The notes beneath the pieces are model-generated. The model was not told the origin of the DNA. It made no database searches and was given only the letters and a program-made list of their open reading frames with translations. Shown one piece after another: positions 21,784 through 32,758 of a DNA stretch of 64,000 nt. The position numbers and the translations under genes were made by a program. The stretch is from NCBI GenBank assembly GCA_910578665.1, contig CAJTQU010000007.1, positions 26,179 to 90,178 on the forward strand, written 5' to 3'. This DNA comes from an uncultured Muribaculaceae bacterium (GTDB taxonomy: Bacteria; Bacteroidota; Bacteroidia; Bacteroidales; Muribaculaceae). The stretch's first letter is position 1. Each line of letters opens with the position of its first letter.

Positions 21784-22611
21784 TTACTTTTTCCTTCTTT
21801 CAATGATGTACTTCGAAGAATGCTTCTTGGGAGCACGTGTCTTCAGACCCTTGGCATAGAGGCCTGTGCGGCTACGGGGATGGCCACCGCTCTGACGGCC
21901 TTCACCACCACCCATGGGGTGGTCAACAGGGTTCATGACAACACCGCGGTTGTGGGGACGACGGCCCAGCCAGCGGCTGCGGCCGGCCTTGCCGCTACGC
22001 TCGAGAGCGTGGTCGGAGTTGCCAACTACACCTATGGTAGCCTTACAAGTGAGCAGGATCTTGCGTGTCTCACCAGAAGGCAATTTGATAATCGCATAGT
22101 CACCTTCGCGCGAAGTAAGCTGCGCGAACGTACCGGCAGAACGTGCCATAGAGGCACCCTGTCCGGGACGGAGCTCAATACAATGGATGAGGGTACCGAC
22201 GGGGATCTTGGCCAGGGGCAGGGCGTTGCCTACCTCGGGAGCGGCATCGGGACCGCTTACCACGGTCTGCCCAACTTCCAGGCCGTTGGGCGCGATCATG
22301 TAAGCTTTCTCGCCATCAGTGTAATAGAGCAGCGCTATACGGGCAGAACGATTGGGATCGTACTCGATGCTCTTTACGACAGCGGGAACACCGTCTTTCA
22401 TTCTCTTAAAGTCGATCAGACGGAGCTTGCGCTTGTGGCCGCCACCGCGATAGCGTGTGGTCAGATGGCCGGCAGCGTTGCGTCCGCCGGTGGAACGTTT
22501 GCCGACGGTAAGAGACTTCTCTGGTGTGGTAGCAGTGATTGTTCCTTTGAATACACCAATAATTTTGTGTCTTTGCCCCGGTGTTACGGGCTTAAATTTT
22601 CTTACTGCCAT
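21784..22611 (-). CDS. rplB: 50S ribosomal protein L2
   Basis: 275 aa, [21 protein letters not shown]... Confidence 0.95.
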   Translation of the reverse strand: MAVRKFKPVTPGQRHKIIGVFKGTITATTPEKSLTVGKRSTGGRNAAGHLTTRYRGGGHKRKLRLIDFKRMKDGVPAVVKSIEYDPNRSARIALLYYTDGEKAYMIAPNGLEVGQTVVSGPDAAPEVGNALPLAKIPVGTLIHCIELRPGQGASMARSAGTFAQLTSREGDYAIIKLPSGETRKILLTCKATIGVVGNSDHALERSGKAGRSRWLGRRPHNRGVVMNPVDHPMGGGEGRQSGGHPRSRTGLYAKGLKTRAPKKHSSKYIIERRKK

Positions 22612-22618
22612 TTCTTAA

Positions 22619-22909
22619 TTATAAGTTGCTGTAATAGTCAATTGTCTGTCCTTCGGCCACTGTGACGTAAGCCTTCTTGAATGCGGCAGTGCTGCCTTTG
22701 ATCAGACCACCCTTGGTATAACGCTGTTTGCGCTTGCCTGCGTAGAGGGCGGTGTTGACCTTCACCACTTTAACACCATACATTTTTTCGATCAAATCTT
22801 TGATCTGATATTTGTTGGCGTCGGGAGACACTGCAAATGTGTAGCAATTGAGTTTCTCGCTTGCTGCCGTGGCCTTCTCGGTCACGATGGGTTTGATCTG
22901 TATATCCAT
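22619..22909 (-). CDS. rplW: 50S ribosomal protein L23
   Basis: 96 aa, ...IKPIVTEKATAASEKLNCYTF... Confidence 0.93.
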   Translation of the reverse strand: MDIQIKPIVTEKATAASEKLNCYTFAVSPDANKYQIKDLIEKMYGVKVVKVNTALYAGKRKQRYTKGGLIKGSTAAFKKAYVTVAEGQTIDYYSNL

Positions 22910-22928
22910 TTTGTCTTATCTCCTTTTT

Positions 22929-23564
22929 TTAAAGTTGGTTAAGCATTTCTACCGATGCCTCTGTAAGAACCATTGTATCGTTGTTGAGCACATAATATGT
23001 GTTCAACTCGGCAGCCTGGCGCACGCATGAACCGGGCACGTTGCGTACAGACTTAAAGATATTGTTATCCTGTGCAGAAAGCACCAGAGTAACCTTCTTG
23101 CCTGCGAGATTAAGGCCCTTGGCCATCTCGATAAAGTTCTTAGTTCTGGGGGCATCCCAAGTGAAATTCTCAACTACTACGATCTTGCCTTCCTGAGCCT
23201 TGGAAGTAAGGGCCAGACGGCGAGCGAGAGCTTTCACTTTCTTATTCATTTTGAAGCGGTAGTCACGGGGACGGGGTCCGAATACACGGCCGCCGCCGAC
23301 GAGCACGGGCGAGTTGATATCACCGCGACGAGCGCCGCCACCGCCTTTTTGACGGCCGAGCTTGCGTGTAGAACCGCTAACCTCGCTACGCTCCTTGCTC
23401 TTGTGAGTGCCCTGGCGCTGGTTTGCCAAATACTGTTTTACGTCGAGATAGATGACGTGTGCGGGATTGGAGTCGCTGGGAGTCTCTACCGCGAACACGG
23501 CGTCATTGAGCATTACTTTGCGTCCGGTGTCTTCACCTTTGATGTTATATACTGCTACTTCCAT
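22929..23564 (-). CDS. rplD: 50S ribosomal protein L4
   Basis: 211 aa, [24 protein letters not shown]... One-nt overlap with rplC. Confidence 0.95.
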   Translation of the reverse strand: MEVAVYNIKGEDTGRKVMLNDAVFAVETPSDSNPAHVIYLDVKQYLANQRQGTHKSKERSEVSGSTRKLGRQKGGGGARRGDINSPVLVGGGRVFGPRPRDYRFKMNKKVKALARRLALTSKAQEGKIVVVENFTWDAPRTKNFIEMAKGLNLAGKKVTLVLSAQDNNIFKSVRNVPGSCVRQAAELNTYYVLNNDTMVLTEASVEMLNQL

Positions 23565-24181
23565 TATTTCTCAACTAAAACGATTGAACCTTTGCTTCCG
23601 GGTATAGAACCCTTGACCATTAACAAATTGTGCTCGGGCAGAACTTTAATTACCTGGAGGTTCTGCACCGTTACGCGTTCGTTGCCTGTCTGGCCCGCCA
23701 TGCGCATGCCCTTGAATACCTTCGCGGGATACGAGCAGGCACCGATAGAACCGGGAGCGCGCAGACGGTTGTGCTGGCCGTGGGTGCTCTGGCCCACACC
23801 GCCGAAACCGTGGCGTTTCACTACGCCCTGGAAACCCTTACCTTTTGATGTACCTGCGACGTCGACGAATCCGCCTTCCTCGAACAGCTCCACAGTGAGG
23901 GTATCGCCCAGAGCGGGCTCTGTGGCAAACGATTTGAACTCAGCCAAGTGTCTCATGGGGGCCACACCAGCCTTTTTGAAATGTCCGGCTTCGGGGCGTG
24001 TGGTGTGCTTCTCTTTCTTCTCCTGGAAGCCCACCTGCACGGCTGCATAGCCGTCATTTTCTACGGTCTTGATTTGAGTGACCACGCAAGGACCTACTTC
24101 GATGACAGTGCACGGCACATTTTTGCCGTCGGCACTGAATACGGATGTCATTCCGATTTTCTTTCCTAATAATCCTGGCAT
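23564..24181 (-). CDS. rplC: 50S ribosomal protein L3
   Basis: 205 aa, [28 protein letters not shown]... Confidence 0.95.
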   Translation of the reverse strand: MPGLLGKKIGMTSVFSADGKNVPCTVIEVGPCVVTQIKTVENDGYAAVQVGFQEKKEKHTTRPEAGHFKKAGVAPMRHLAEFKSFATEPALGDTLTVELFEEGGFVDVAGTSKGKGFQGVVKRHGFGGVGQSTHGQHNRLRAPGSIGACSYPAKVFKGMRMAGQTGNERVTVQNLQVIKVLPEHNLLMVKGSIPGSKGSIVLVEK

Positions 24182-24244
24182 TTCTTAACTAGATTAAAAT
24201 ACTTTAGTTTTGTCTATTTTTGTTTGTTTTGACGTGTCAGCCGT

Positions 24245-24550
24245 TTACACCTTGATGCTTACGTCCACACCGCTGGGAAGTTCGAGTTTCATCAGCGCGT
24301 CTACAGTTTTAGCCGTAGAGCTGTAGATGTCTATCAGTCTCTGATAAGAGCTGAGCTGGAACTGCTCGCGGCTTTTCTTATTGACGAAAGTAGAACGGTT
24401 GACTGTGAAGATACGCTTGTATGTGGGCAGGGGTATCGGACCGCTCACAACGGCATCTGTAGCCTTCACCGTCTTAACGATCTTCTCGGCGCTCTTGTCC
24501 ACGAGATTGTGATCGTAAGATTTTAATTTGATTCTGATTTTTTGGCTCAT
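24245..24550 (-). CDS. rpsJ: 30S ribosomal protein S10
   Basis: 101 aa, [25 protein letters not shown]... Confidence 0.95.
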   Translation of the reverse strand: MSQKIRIKLKSYDHNLVDKSAEKIVKTVKATDAVVSGPIPLPTYKRIFTVNRSTFVNKKSREQFQLSSYQRLIDIYSSTAKTVDALMKLELPSGVDVSIKV

Positions 24551-24572
24551 ATTGTTGTGTGAAATATATTTC

Positions 24573-26696
24573 TTATTTGAGTAGGTCTACACGTCCCTGG
24601 CACTCGGTCAGAACGTTCTTGGCTATAGAAGAGCTAACCTCTGAATAGTGAGAGAATGTCATGGTGCTTGTAGCACGGCCCGAAGTGATAGTACGCAGGG
24701 CTGTAACATAACCAAACATCTCTGCCAGAGGAGCGAGGGCCTTGACAATACGCGCGCCCGAACGGGATGTCTCCATACCTTCTACCTGGCCGCGACGCTT
24801 GTTGAGGTCACCGATCACATCACCCATGCTCTCCTCGGGAGTAACAACCTCTATCTTCATGATAGGCTCCATGAGTACGGGACCTGCCTTCTCAGAAGCT
24901 TTCTTAAATGCCTGGATAGCGCAAAGCTCGAACGAAAGCTGGTCGGAGTCGACAGGATGGAACGAACCATCGATCAGAGTTACTTTAAGGCGTTCTACGG
25001 GATAACCGGCCAGTACGCCGTTCTTCATAGCCGTCTGGAAACCTTTCTGTACAGAAGGTATGTATTCCTTAGGCACGTTACCGCCCTTAACCTCGTCTAC
25101 GAACTGGAGGCTGCCCTCGAAATCGTCATCGGCAGGCTCAACACGTACGATGATATCGGCAAACTTACCGCGACCACCTGTCTGCTTCTTGAATACCTCG
25201 CGCAGCTCGACGGGTTTGGTGATAGCCTCTTTATATGTAACCTGAGGACGACCCTGGTTGCACTCAACCTTAAATTCGCGTCTCAGACGGTCGATAATAA
25301 TATCCAGATGAAGCTCGCCCATACCTGAGATTACGGTCTGGCCTGTCTCCTCGTTGGTCTCTACGCGGAATGTGGGATCCTCTTCTGCCAGCTTCTGAAG
25401 ACCGACACCGAGTTTGTCCAAATCTTTCTGGGTTTTGGGCTCTACGGCGATACCGATCACGGGATCGGGGAATTCCATAGCCTCGAGCACGATGGGAGCG
25501 TCTTCGGCACACAGAGTGTCACCGGTACGGATATCCTTGAAGCCCACACCTGCACCGATGTCGCCGCAACCGATCTTTTCCTTGGGGTTCTGCTTGTTAG
25601 AATGCATCTGGAACAGGCGAGAGATACGTTCTTTCTTGCCAGAGCGAGAGTTCAGACAGTAAGAACCAGCCTCGATCTCGCCAGAATATACGCGGAAGAA
25701 GCAGAGACGACCTACATAGGGGTCGGTAGCAATCTTGAAAGCGAGAGCGCACATCGGCTCCTCGGGCAGAGGCTTGCGGCTTACCACAGCGTCTGAATCA
25801 TCGGGCAGACAACCTTCTACAGCGCCTGTGTCTTCGGGAGAGGGCAGATATGCGCACACAGCGTCAAGCAATGTCTGCACACCCTTATTCTTGAAAGAAG
25901 AACCGCAAATCATAGGATTGATCTGCATTCCGAGAGTGGCTTTGCGAATAGCGGCCTTGATCTCTTCTACAGTGATTGTTGAAGGATCATCGAAATATTT
26001 TTCCATGAAAACCTCGTCAAACTCAGCCAAAGTCTCAAGAAGCTTGTCACGCCACTCTTCTGCCTCGGCCTGCAGGTTTTCGGGTATTTCCTCAACAGTA
26101 TATTCGGCACCCATGGTCTCGTCATGCCAGAAGATAGCTTTCATGGCCACGAGGTCTACCACGCCCTTGAATGTTTCTTCGGCACCGATAGGTATCTGGA
26201 TAGGCAGCGGAGTTGCTCCGAGCACTTCCCTCACCTGGCGCACAACTTCAAAGAAGTTAGCACCCGAACGGTCCATCTTATTCACATAACCAATACGGGG
26301 GACGTTGTATTTCTCAGCCTGGCGCCATACGGTCTCAGACTGGGGTTCTACACCGCCTACCGCGCAGAACGCCGCAACAGCGCCGTCAAGCACGCGCAAA
26401 GAACGTTCCACCTCGACAGTAAAGTCAACGTGTCCCGGAGTGTCGATAAGATTGATTTTGTATTTTTTACCACCGTACTGCCAGAAAGTAGTGGTAGCGG
26501 CAGAAGTAATAGTGATACCGCGCTCCTGTTCCTGCTCCATCCAGTCCATGGTGGCGGCACCGTCATGCACCTCGCCAATCTTATGTGTCAGACCGGTATA
26601 GAAAAGTATACGTTCCGAAGTAGTGGTCTTGCCGGCATCGATGTGGGCCATGATGCCGATATTTCTGGTTAAAGTTAATTCGTCGTTTTTAGCCAT
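24573..26696 (-). CDS. fusA: elongation factor G
   Basis: 707 aa with G1 motif AHIDAGKTT and DTPGHVDF. Lies between rpsG and rpsJ. Confidence 0.95.
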   Translation of the reverse strand: MAKNDELTLTRNIGIMAHIDAGKTTTSERILFYTGLTHKIGEVHDGAATMDWMEQEQERGITITSAATTTFWQYGGKKYKINLIDTPGHVDFTVEVERSLRVLDGAVAAFCAVGGVEPQSETVWRQAEKYNVPRIGYVNKMDRSGANFFEVVRQVREVLGATPLPIQIPIGAEETFKGVVDLVAMKAIFWHDETMGAEYTVEEIPENLQAEAEEWRDKLLETLAEFDEVFMEKYFDDPSTITVEEIKAAIRKATLGMQINPMICGSSFKNKGVQTLLDAVCAYLPSPEDTGAVEGCLPDDSDAVVSRKPLPEEPMCALAFKIATDPYVGRLCFFRVYSGEIEAGSYCLNSRSGKKERISRLFQMHSNKQNPKEKIGCGDIGAGVGFKDIRTGDTLCAEDAPIVLEAMEFPDPVIGIAVEPKTQKDLDKLGVGLQKLAEEDPTFRVETNEETGQTVISGMGELHLDIIIDRLRREFKVECNQGRPQVTYKEAITKPVELREVFKKQTGGRGKFADIIVRVEPADDDFEGSLQFVDEVKGGNVPKEYIPSVQKGFQTAMKNGVLAGYPVERLKVTLIDGSFHPVDSDQLSFELCAIQAFKKASEKAGPVLMEPIMKIEVVTPEESMGDVIGDLNKRRGQVEGMETSRSGARIVKALAPLAEMFGYVTALRTITSGRATSTMTFSHYSEVSSSIAKNVLTECQGRVDLLK

Positions 26697-26728
26697 TTTT
26701 CATTTAATGATAATAGTCCTGAAATCCA

Positions 26729-27205
26729 TTAGAAGCGGAAGTGTGCAAATGCGCGGTTAGCCTCTGCCATACGGTGCATGTCCTCTTTACGTTTGAAAGC
26801 ACCACCCTGGTCATTGTAAGCGTCCACGATTTCCGCAGCGAGTTTGTCCGCCATGGTCTTGCCGCCGCGTTTACGAGCAAAGATGATAAGGTTCTTCATC
26901 GAGATTGACTCTTTGCGGTCAGCACGGATTTCAGTAGGAACCTGGAAAGTGGCACCGCCGATACGGCGAGACTTAACCTCCACCTGGGGAGTGATGTTTT
27001 CAAGGGCTTTCTTCCAGATCTCAAGAGCTGACTTCTCTTCATTGGGCATTTTGGACTTCACAGTCTCGAGTGCCGAATAGAAGATAGTGAATGCGGTGTT
27101 CTTTTTACCGTCATACATAAGGTGATTCACAAATTTAGTGACGCGCACTTCGCCGAATACGGGATCGGGCAGAATCACTCTTTTTTTAGGCTTTGCTTTT
27201 CTCAT
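26729..27205 (-). CDS. rpsG: 30S ribosomal protein S7
   Basis: The ORF-track frame is 26729..27286, but family-typical sequence begins at the internal ATG (cat at 27203-27205): [38 protein letters not shown]... (158 aa). The 27-aa upstream extension has no S7 character. Confidence 0.9.
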   Translation of the reverse strand: MRKAKPKKRVILPDPVFGEVRVTKFVNHLMYDGKKNTAFTIFYSALETVKSKMPNEEKSALEIWKKALENITPQVEVKSRRIGGATFQVPTEIRADRKESISMKNLIIFARKRGGKTMADKLAAEIVDAYNDQGGAFKRKEDMHRMAEANRAFAHFRF

Positions 27206-27414
27206 TTCAAGAATAAATATGTTTTTGTTTTTGGCTGCTTCCTGCGGCAGGACTGTGTCCGTCCCCGTTTTCCGCATCTTCAACAACGCTCGCTTGCGTC
27301 ATTTACTCAACCTTAGCCATCCAATAAATCAAAAACTAATTAGAAAATGTTGTGTGATTTACTTGTTTGCACGGCCTCCGTCACAGGAGAGCCGCACGAT
27401 ATCAGGAAGGATGT

Positions 27415-27798
27415 TTACTTCTTAGCTGCTTTGGGACGTTTGGCGCCATATTTACTGCGACGCTGCGTACGGCCGTTAACGCCGGCTGTGTCAAGCGTAC
27501 CGCGCACGATATGATAGCGCACACCGGGAAGGTCCTTAACACGACCGCCGCGCACCATTACAATGCTGTGCTCCTGCAGATTGTGGCCTTCTCCAGGGAT
27601 ATACGAGTTAACCTCCTTGCCGTTGGTCAGGCGCACACGGGCCACCTTACGCATAGCCGAGTTAGGCTTCTTGGGAGTGGTGGTGTACACACGTACGCAC
27701 ACGCCACGACGCTGGGGGCATGAATCAAGAGCCGGGCTCTTGCTCTTGTCTTCCAAAGCAACACGTCCTTTTCTTACTAATTGTTGAATTGTAGGCAT
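27415..27798 (-). CDS. rpsL: 30S ribosomal protein S12
   Basis: 127 aa, [34 protein letters not shown]... Confidence 0.95.
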   Translation of the reverse strand: MPTIQQLVRKGRVALEDKSKSPALDSCPQRRGVCVRVYTTTPKKPNSAMRKVARVRLTNGKEVNSYIPGEGHNLQEHSIVMVRGGRVKDLPGVRYHIVRGTLDTAGVNGRTQRRSKYGAKRPKAAKK

Positions 27799-27945
27799 TC
27801 TTTTTTGTTTTGATTTATTTATTTAATTCTCAATTTCGTCTTATCCAAACCCAAAGCATACTGCGCTCCGACTTGCAACAACCTTAATCTATTGATAGAC
27901 AATTTATTGCGTAAGCCGAATCGTCAGACTACACCTTAAGTGGTG

Positions 27946-27977
27946 CAAAATTACTAATTATTAACGTATTAGACAAA
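27946..27977 (-). promoter_or_regulatory. Bacteroidota-type promoter for the rpsL-led ribosomal cluster
   Basis: On the minus strand, -33 TTTG (27974-27977), a 20-nt spacer, and -7 TAATTTTG (27946-27953). This is about 150 nt upstream of the rpsL ATG, in an AT-rich spacer. Confidence 0.6.
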
Positions 27978-28122
27978 CTTTTGCACAATTATTTTTTGCA
28001 AATTTTCATCTATGCAACACGACACAACAGTCTAATGCACAGACATGACCAGGGCCGCCATACATTCTGCCATAGGCAGGCTGCAGGCGGCCCTGTAAAA
28101 TGCACCGGCACACTCCGGCGTG

Positions 28123-28569
28123 TCAGTCCTGGCTTTCGGCGGCATATTCGGCAGCTTCCTTAGCCGCGCCTTCCGGCTCCGCCTCCACAAAAGCGGTACA
28201 ACCGGCATCGATCAGAATATTATACCAGGTAAAGAATTTCTTAATGTCGTTGTCATACACCCTTTCGCGATCAAAATCCGGCAGGATACGCGCAAACTCG
28301 TCGCGCAACCGCCCTTCTGCGACCAAAGCTTTTACATCGGCCCTGGCGCCGTCATACAGCTTACGCGCATTTTCCAACACCTGGGACAATGGCACTTCGT
28401 CTGCGTCTGTATACATGGCTATATCACCGAGACTTACTATTTTGTCGCGACTGTGAGCCGGGAAACGGCGTTTTGTGCAAAGGTCTTCTACCAGAAGCAT
28501 ATTTTTGCCGTTGGTTACGATTTTAAACAGGCCCGGACGTCCTGTAATCGAAAGTATGGTCTTAAGCAT
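28123..28569 (-). CDS. conserved hypothetical protein (resembles the Bacteroidota DUF5606 family, from memory)
   Basis: 148 aa, MLKTILSITGRPGLFKIVTNGKNMLLVEDL... Acidic C-terminus. Confidence 0.45.
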   Translation of the reverse strand: MLKTILSITGRPGLFKIVTNGKNMLLVEDLCTKRRFPAHSRDKIVSLGDIAMYTDADEVPLSQVLENARKLYDGARADVKALVAEGRLRDEFARILPDFDRERVYDNDIKKFFTWYNILIDAGCTAFVEAEPEGAAKEAAEYAAESQD

Positions 28570-28584
28570 ATCTATTTTAATAAA

Positions 28585-29160
28585 TTAAATTTCACCATAT
28601 TCAGGCAACGCGGCCAGCAGTGACACCGCGCCGTCATTGACTATACGACGCACCTTACGCCGCGGCAACCCGGAAAATTCATGCTCCTGGGCACTTATAC
28701 GGGCTTCGACCTGGCCGCGCGAAAGACCAGAACGGCGCATCACACGTCCTACACGCAACTCACGTGGTGCTGTAACAAGCCATATTTCGTCTACCAACAT
28801 GTCCAGACCGGAAGTATGCAGCACAGCGCTCTCAAGAAGAGCCGTATTAACACGCAAAGCAGATACCCAGGAAGCCAGATCATGACGGACGGCTTCATGC
28901 ACTATAGCATTGACCGACATTCTCATATGTTCCGAACTGAATATAAGGCCGGCCAGCAGTGACCGGTCTACCCCTCCCTCGCATGTCAGGACATCCGTCC
29001 CCGACACACGGCACAGCTCAGCCTTAATTGCATCCGACTCGTCCATCAACTGTCTCGCACGCGAATCGCAGTCATAAACGGGCAGTCCGCGCAACGCGCA
29101 AATGCGGCATACCACGCTTTTGCCGCTACCTATACCACCCGTAACCCCTATCAGCCTCAT
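28585..29160 (-). CDS. coaE: dephospho-CoA kinase
   Basis: 191 aa, MRLIGVTGGIGSGKSVV (P-loop). Four-nt overlap with the upstream YbbR-like gene. Confidence 0.85.
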   Translation of the reverse strand: MRLIGVTGGIGSGKSVVCRICALRGLPVYDCDSRARQLMDESDAIKAELCRVSGTDVLTCEGGVDRSLLAGLIFSSEHMRMSVNAIVHEAVRHDLASWVSALRVNTALLESAVLHTSGLDMLVDEIWLVTAPRELRVGRVMRRSGLSRGQVEARISAQEHEFSGLPRRKVRRIVNDGAVSLLAALPEYGEI

Positions 29161-30143
29161 TTGTTCTGGCGTATTATAGTGAACTCCACGCTGTCAATCT
29201 CGAGAGTGGCACTCTCGACATGCGCCGGAAGAGGCGTTGACAGACGCAATTTGATACGCTTGTCCGAGGGAGAGGCCAGATCCCTATAATCAGCCACAAC
29301 ACTGAAAGGTGTGCGAACATCGTCATTTAGGCTCATCGGCACAAGATATGACACTTCCACACTTGAGGGAAAAAGCACCATATTTTCACCCTTGGGCACA
29401 TTGAGCGTTGTCACAGGAACGTATACTTTACGATTTTCAAGCGGTTCCACCGGAATACGCACGTCTATGGCAGACGGCACCATCTTCACGCCGTGGATAG
29501 GCCGCAGCCTGACCCTTACGGTCACCGGATCTGCCAGATCGCGCCGCACTATGGGTTCCGTACTGACATATGATATCGTATCAAGGATGTCACGTGAGGA
29601 GTATATCTTGATATTGCGCGTCTCAGTGCGAGGATTACCATTGACTACTTTGCCGAGAGCGGCGGTTATGTCGGTATTTATACGCACCGGTACAACCTTG
29701 GCCGGAGCCGAGGTATACATAACGGATATCGAGTCGGCCGAAGTTATGTTAACAGAAGCATTACTGCCAAACAGCGAACGCACATAGGTAGACAGCGCCG
29801 ACGGCGAAACACGCAGATATCCGTCTGAAGCATATTCGGCAAAACTGATATGCAACTGCGCCGCGCGCATAAACTTACGCCGCAACAAAGTGGTGCCACG
29901 GTCGCGCACGGTCACATGTATCACGCCTGGAGGCTCGTTGATAAATGTAACTGTGTCGGGCACTCCGGTTATATCTACCTTGACCTCTATATCGGTTTGC
30001 ACGGTGTCGTTCATAGCCATTATAAACCAAAACACCCCCGCAATAACCACAAAGACAGCAAAAAGGCGCAGGTCGCGCATACGACCCGTCTTACGCCAGC
30101 CCTGCCAGCGCCTTATCCCCTTAGCAGCCTTTGTGTCCGACAT
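29157..30143 (-). CDS. YbbR-like domain-containing membrane protein
   Basis: 328 aa with one N-terminal TM (LFAVFVVIAGVFWFIMA) followed by repeated beta-rich modules. Conserved yajC-YbbR-coaE order. Confidence 0.55.
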   Translation of the reverse strand: MSDTKAAKGIRRWQGWRKTGRMRDLRLFAVFVVIAGVFWFIMAMNDTVQTDIEVKVDITGVPDTVTFINEPPGVIHVTVRDRGTTLLRRKFMRAAQLHISFAEYASDGYLRVSPSALSTYVRSLFGSNASVNITSADSISVMYTSAPAKVVPVRINTDITAALGKVVNGNPRTETRNIKIYSSRDILDTISYVSTEPIVRRDLADPVTVRVRLRPIHGVKMVPSAIDVRIPVEPLENRKVYVPVTTLNVPKGENMVLFPSSVEVSYLVPMSLNDDVRTPFSVVADYRDLASPSDKRIKLRLSTPLPAHVESATLEIDSVEFTIIRQNK

Positions 30144-30175
30144 GTCAGATATGGTACGCCGAAGGCGTGCGATTC

Positions 30176-30487
30176 TTATTTCTTCTCAGCATCGGCTCCA
30201 GGAGCTGGATATACCGATGTTTTTTCTATCTTGATGCTTACACCGCTGGCTATCTCTACAATAAATGTGGTGTCAGACACCTCTTTTATTTTACCGTATA
30301 TACCGCCGGCGGTCACCACGCGGTCACCTACGCCGAGAGCCTCGCGAGCTTTCTTGATTTCTTTCTGCTTCTTGTTCTGAGGGCGTATCATGAAGAAATA
30401 GAAGATAGCCACCATGGCCACAATCATGATTATGCCGGTGTAGCCGCCGCCCTGTGGCTGTGCAGCAAGAAAAATTAAGTCTAACAT
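30176..30487 (-). CDS. yajC: preprotein translocase subunit YajC
   Basis: 103 aa, single TM, then ...MIRPQNKKQKEIKKAREALGVGDRVVTAGGIYGKI... Confidence 0.85.
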   Translation of the reverse strand: MLDLIFLAAQPQGGGYTGIIMIVAMVAIFYFFMIRPQNKKQKEIKKAREALGVGDRVVTAGGIYGKIKEVSDTTFIVEIASGVSIKIEKTSVYPAPGADAEKK

Positions 30488-30510
30488 AAATTTATTATTA
30501 TTGTTGTTGG

Positions 30511-31914
30511 TTATGCTTTAACGAGTGTGCCATTCTGGCGCAACGAGCTCACTGCCGCGCCCAAAATACCGTTGATAAAGAACGAGCTCTTCGGGGTGCT
30601 GTACGCCTTGGCCAGCTCTATATATTCGTTTATCGTGACATTCACCGGAATCTTTGGGAAACATAATATCTCCGCCAGGGCCGTAAGCAGCAGCACCACG
30701 TCCATAAAAGCCAGACGGTCTGCATCCCACGAATCTTTGTTGAGCACACTGTCGATTATGGTCCGATATTCGTCCTTGTGGCGGACTACGGCATTGAAAA
30801 GCTCACGGCCGAAACGAGCGTCCTCGTCATCCTTATACATGGGCAAGACAGGATGCTCCTCATTTTCTTCAAAACGGCGTATGGTCTTCAATACGAATGT
30901 TCCGATAATATCCAGGTCATCATTCCAAAAAACAGACTTGTCCTCAAGTCCCTCAGATAAATCAGGGTCGGGGAATATCACATACCGGAACAAATTACGC
31001 CACAATTCGCAATCGGCACGAAAATCCGTTTCTGGCGCATTCATGTAATCCAGATAGACATCGGAAGTGGTTACCGTCTTCAACAGGGAATTGACAAGCA
31101 CCGGATTTTCTGCAAGCCATGAGTTTTTACCCGAACGTGTATACTCGTTATAATCGAAATCTTCAGACAGAACACGTACAAACTCATTTTCCACAAAACG
31201 CAGATTAGGATTCAGATCACGGTCGGTCACCACGTACTTGTGCCGCGCGGCGTCAAGATTGCGTTCTTGCTGTACTGTCAGCTCTATGGCTAGCTGCAGC
31301 ATGCGATAATACAGTTCCCGTGCTTTTTCCAGACTGAAATTAAGTGTCTTCAGAGCATCGGCCACATGGTCTTGCGAAGAGGAGAAGTTGACAAACGTCG
31401 CCTCCATAAGATCGCGCATGCGCTCCACACCACGCAGCGAGAAATTAGGCACCTGTTCAAACAAATTATTGATTGTGGGCGACGGCATTATAATAAGTGT
31501 GAATATCTCACGCCAGACCTTAAGGTCTCCGGCCATATCCACAGATCCATTCTTGATATACGTCTTATAAGGAGCTGACTCCTTGATAGCGGCCGACAAC
31601 GAGTTGATCAGCATAGGCGAATCAAACGGAGAGGCCTCAAGCCTGTTTTTCGCCTGCTGGGATTTGATTTTCTCATCGGCCTGAACGGTGCGTATAAAAC
31701 GATTGTCCGCCAACGGACGATGGCCGCCGCGCTGTTCCACATTATCGGCAAGGCGCGTCATCAGCACCAGCATGTCAAGGTAAAGCTTATATGCGAACCT
31801 CTTTTCCTTTGTCGGGGGTGTAGGCTGGCTTTCAAGCGTGAACAACTTCTCTGTGAGCAGATAAGAGTATAGCAGCTGCACTACTTTGATTCTTATCAAG
31901 ACACGATTAATCAT
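30511..31914 (-). CDS. nusB: transcription antitermination factor NusB, unusually long form
   Basis: 467 aa. The N-terminus (MINRVLIRIKVVQLLYSYLL) and C-terminus (...DRLAFMDVVLLLTALAEILCFPKIPVNVTINEYIELAKAYSTPKSSFFINGILGA) are NusB-like. About 300 aa of extra helical sequence lies between them. Confidence 0.7.
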   Translation of the reverse strand: MINRVLIRIKVVQLLYSYLLTEKLFTLESQPTPPTKEKRFAYKLYLDMLVLMTRLADNVEQRGGHRPLADNRFIRTVQADEKIKSQQAKNRLEASPFDSPMLINSLSAAIKESAPYKTYIKNGSVDMAGDLKVWREIFTLIIMPSPTINNLFEQVPNFSLRGVERMRDLMEATFVNFSSSQDHVADALKTLNFSLEKARELYYRMLQLAIELTVQQERNLDAARHKYVVTDRDLNPNLRFVENEFVRVLSEDFDYNEYTRSGKNSWLAENPVLVNSLLKTVTTSDVYLDYMNAPETDFRADCELWRNLFRYVIFPDPDLSEGLEDKSVFWNDDLDIIGTFVLKTIRRFEENEEHPVLPMYKDDEDARFGRELFNAVVRHKDEYRTIIDSVLNKDSWDADRLAFMDVVLLLTALAEILCFPKIPVNVTINEYIELAKAYSTPKSSFFINGILGAAVSSLRQNGTLVKA

Positions 31915-31986
31915 AACTTCTGAATATTGGTCTGCAAAGTTACTTAAAAAAAGTCAAACAGGCAATTTTAGCGTGACGCTAAGTGG

Positions 31987-32748
31987 TCATTCGTGGCTCT
32001 GGCCGGCCCCTATACGCTGTCGCACAGCCTCATACATCATGACGCCTGCGGCCACAGAGACGTTCAGACTGCCTATAGAGCCTATTATAGGAATTGCAGC
32101 CAGGGTGTCGCACAGACGCAGCACGGGGTCTGAAATACCAGTATCCTCGGCACCCATCACTATAGCCACAGGACCCGTATAATCAGCCTCTGTATAATCC
32201 TGCACCCCCTTTTCGGTAGCTCCGACTATCACAAAACCAGAATCTTTAAGATATCTGACAGCCTCCTCTATGGAGCGCGTGCGGCACACGGGGAGATGCA
32301 GCAGGGCGCCTGCAGACGTCTTGACAGCATCGGCACTTACACGCACACTGTTGCGCTCGGGTATCACTATCGTGTCCACTCCGGCACATTCGGCAGTACG
32401 GGCTATAGCTCCGAAATTGTGCGTGTCCGTGATTCCGTCAAGCAGCACGATAAACGGCAGCATGCCCTCTTCGTACAGTGAGGGAACCATCTGCTCCAGA
32501 TCATAATATCCTACAGCAGACAAGAGCGCTATGGCACCCTGGTGGTTCTTCATAGTTATACGGTTGAGTTTCTCCAGGGGCACACGCTGGCTAACCACGC
32601 CGTACTCCTTGATTTTGGCCAGCAATTCTCGAGCCAGGTCTCCCCCGGCCAGATCCTTGCGTATCAACACTCTGTCTATATCCTTTCCGGCCTCTATGGC
32701 CTCTATCACGGCACGGAGGCCGAATATATATTCTTTCTTATCTATCAT
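31987..32748 (-). CDS. rlmB: TrmH/SpoU-family 23S rRNA 2'-O-methyltransferase (RlmB-like)
   Basis: 253 aa with an N-terminal substrate-binding domain and a SpoU core (...VLLDGITDTHNFGAIARTAEC..., ...IVMGAEDTGIS..., ...IPIIGSIGSLNVSVAAGV...). Confidence 0.7.
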   Translation of the reverse strand: MIDKKEYIFGLRAVIEAIEAGKDIDRVLIRKDLAGGDLARELLAKIKEYGVVSQRVPLEKLNRITMKNHQGAIALLSAVGYYDLEQMVPSLYEEGMLPFIVLLDGITDTHNFGAIARTAECAGVDTIVIPERNSVRVSADAVKTSAGALLHLPVCRTRSIEEAVRYLKDSGFVIVGATEKGVQDYTEADYTGPVAIVMGAEDTGISDPVLRLCDTLAAIPIIGSIGSLNVSVAAGVMMYEAVRQRIGAGQSHE

Positions 32749-32758
32749 GGTTTTATGT

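Noticed and set aside
21820-22665. 281-aa plus-strand ORF opposite rplB
   Set aside because: A shadow ORF fully antisense to L2, with no independent signals.
26729-27286. Long N-terminal extensions of S7 (to 27286), DnaN (to 38550), the sugar aminotransferase (from 51135) and the island lipoprotein (TTG at 40640)
   Set aside because: Family-typical N-termini begin at internal ATGs (27205, 38511, 51198, 40631). The extensions have no family character or use a non-ATG start.
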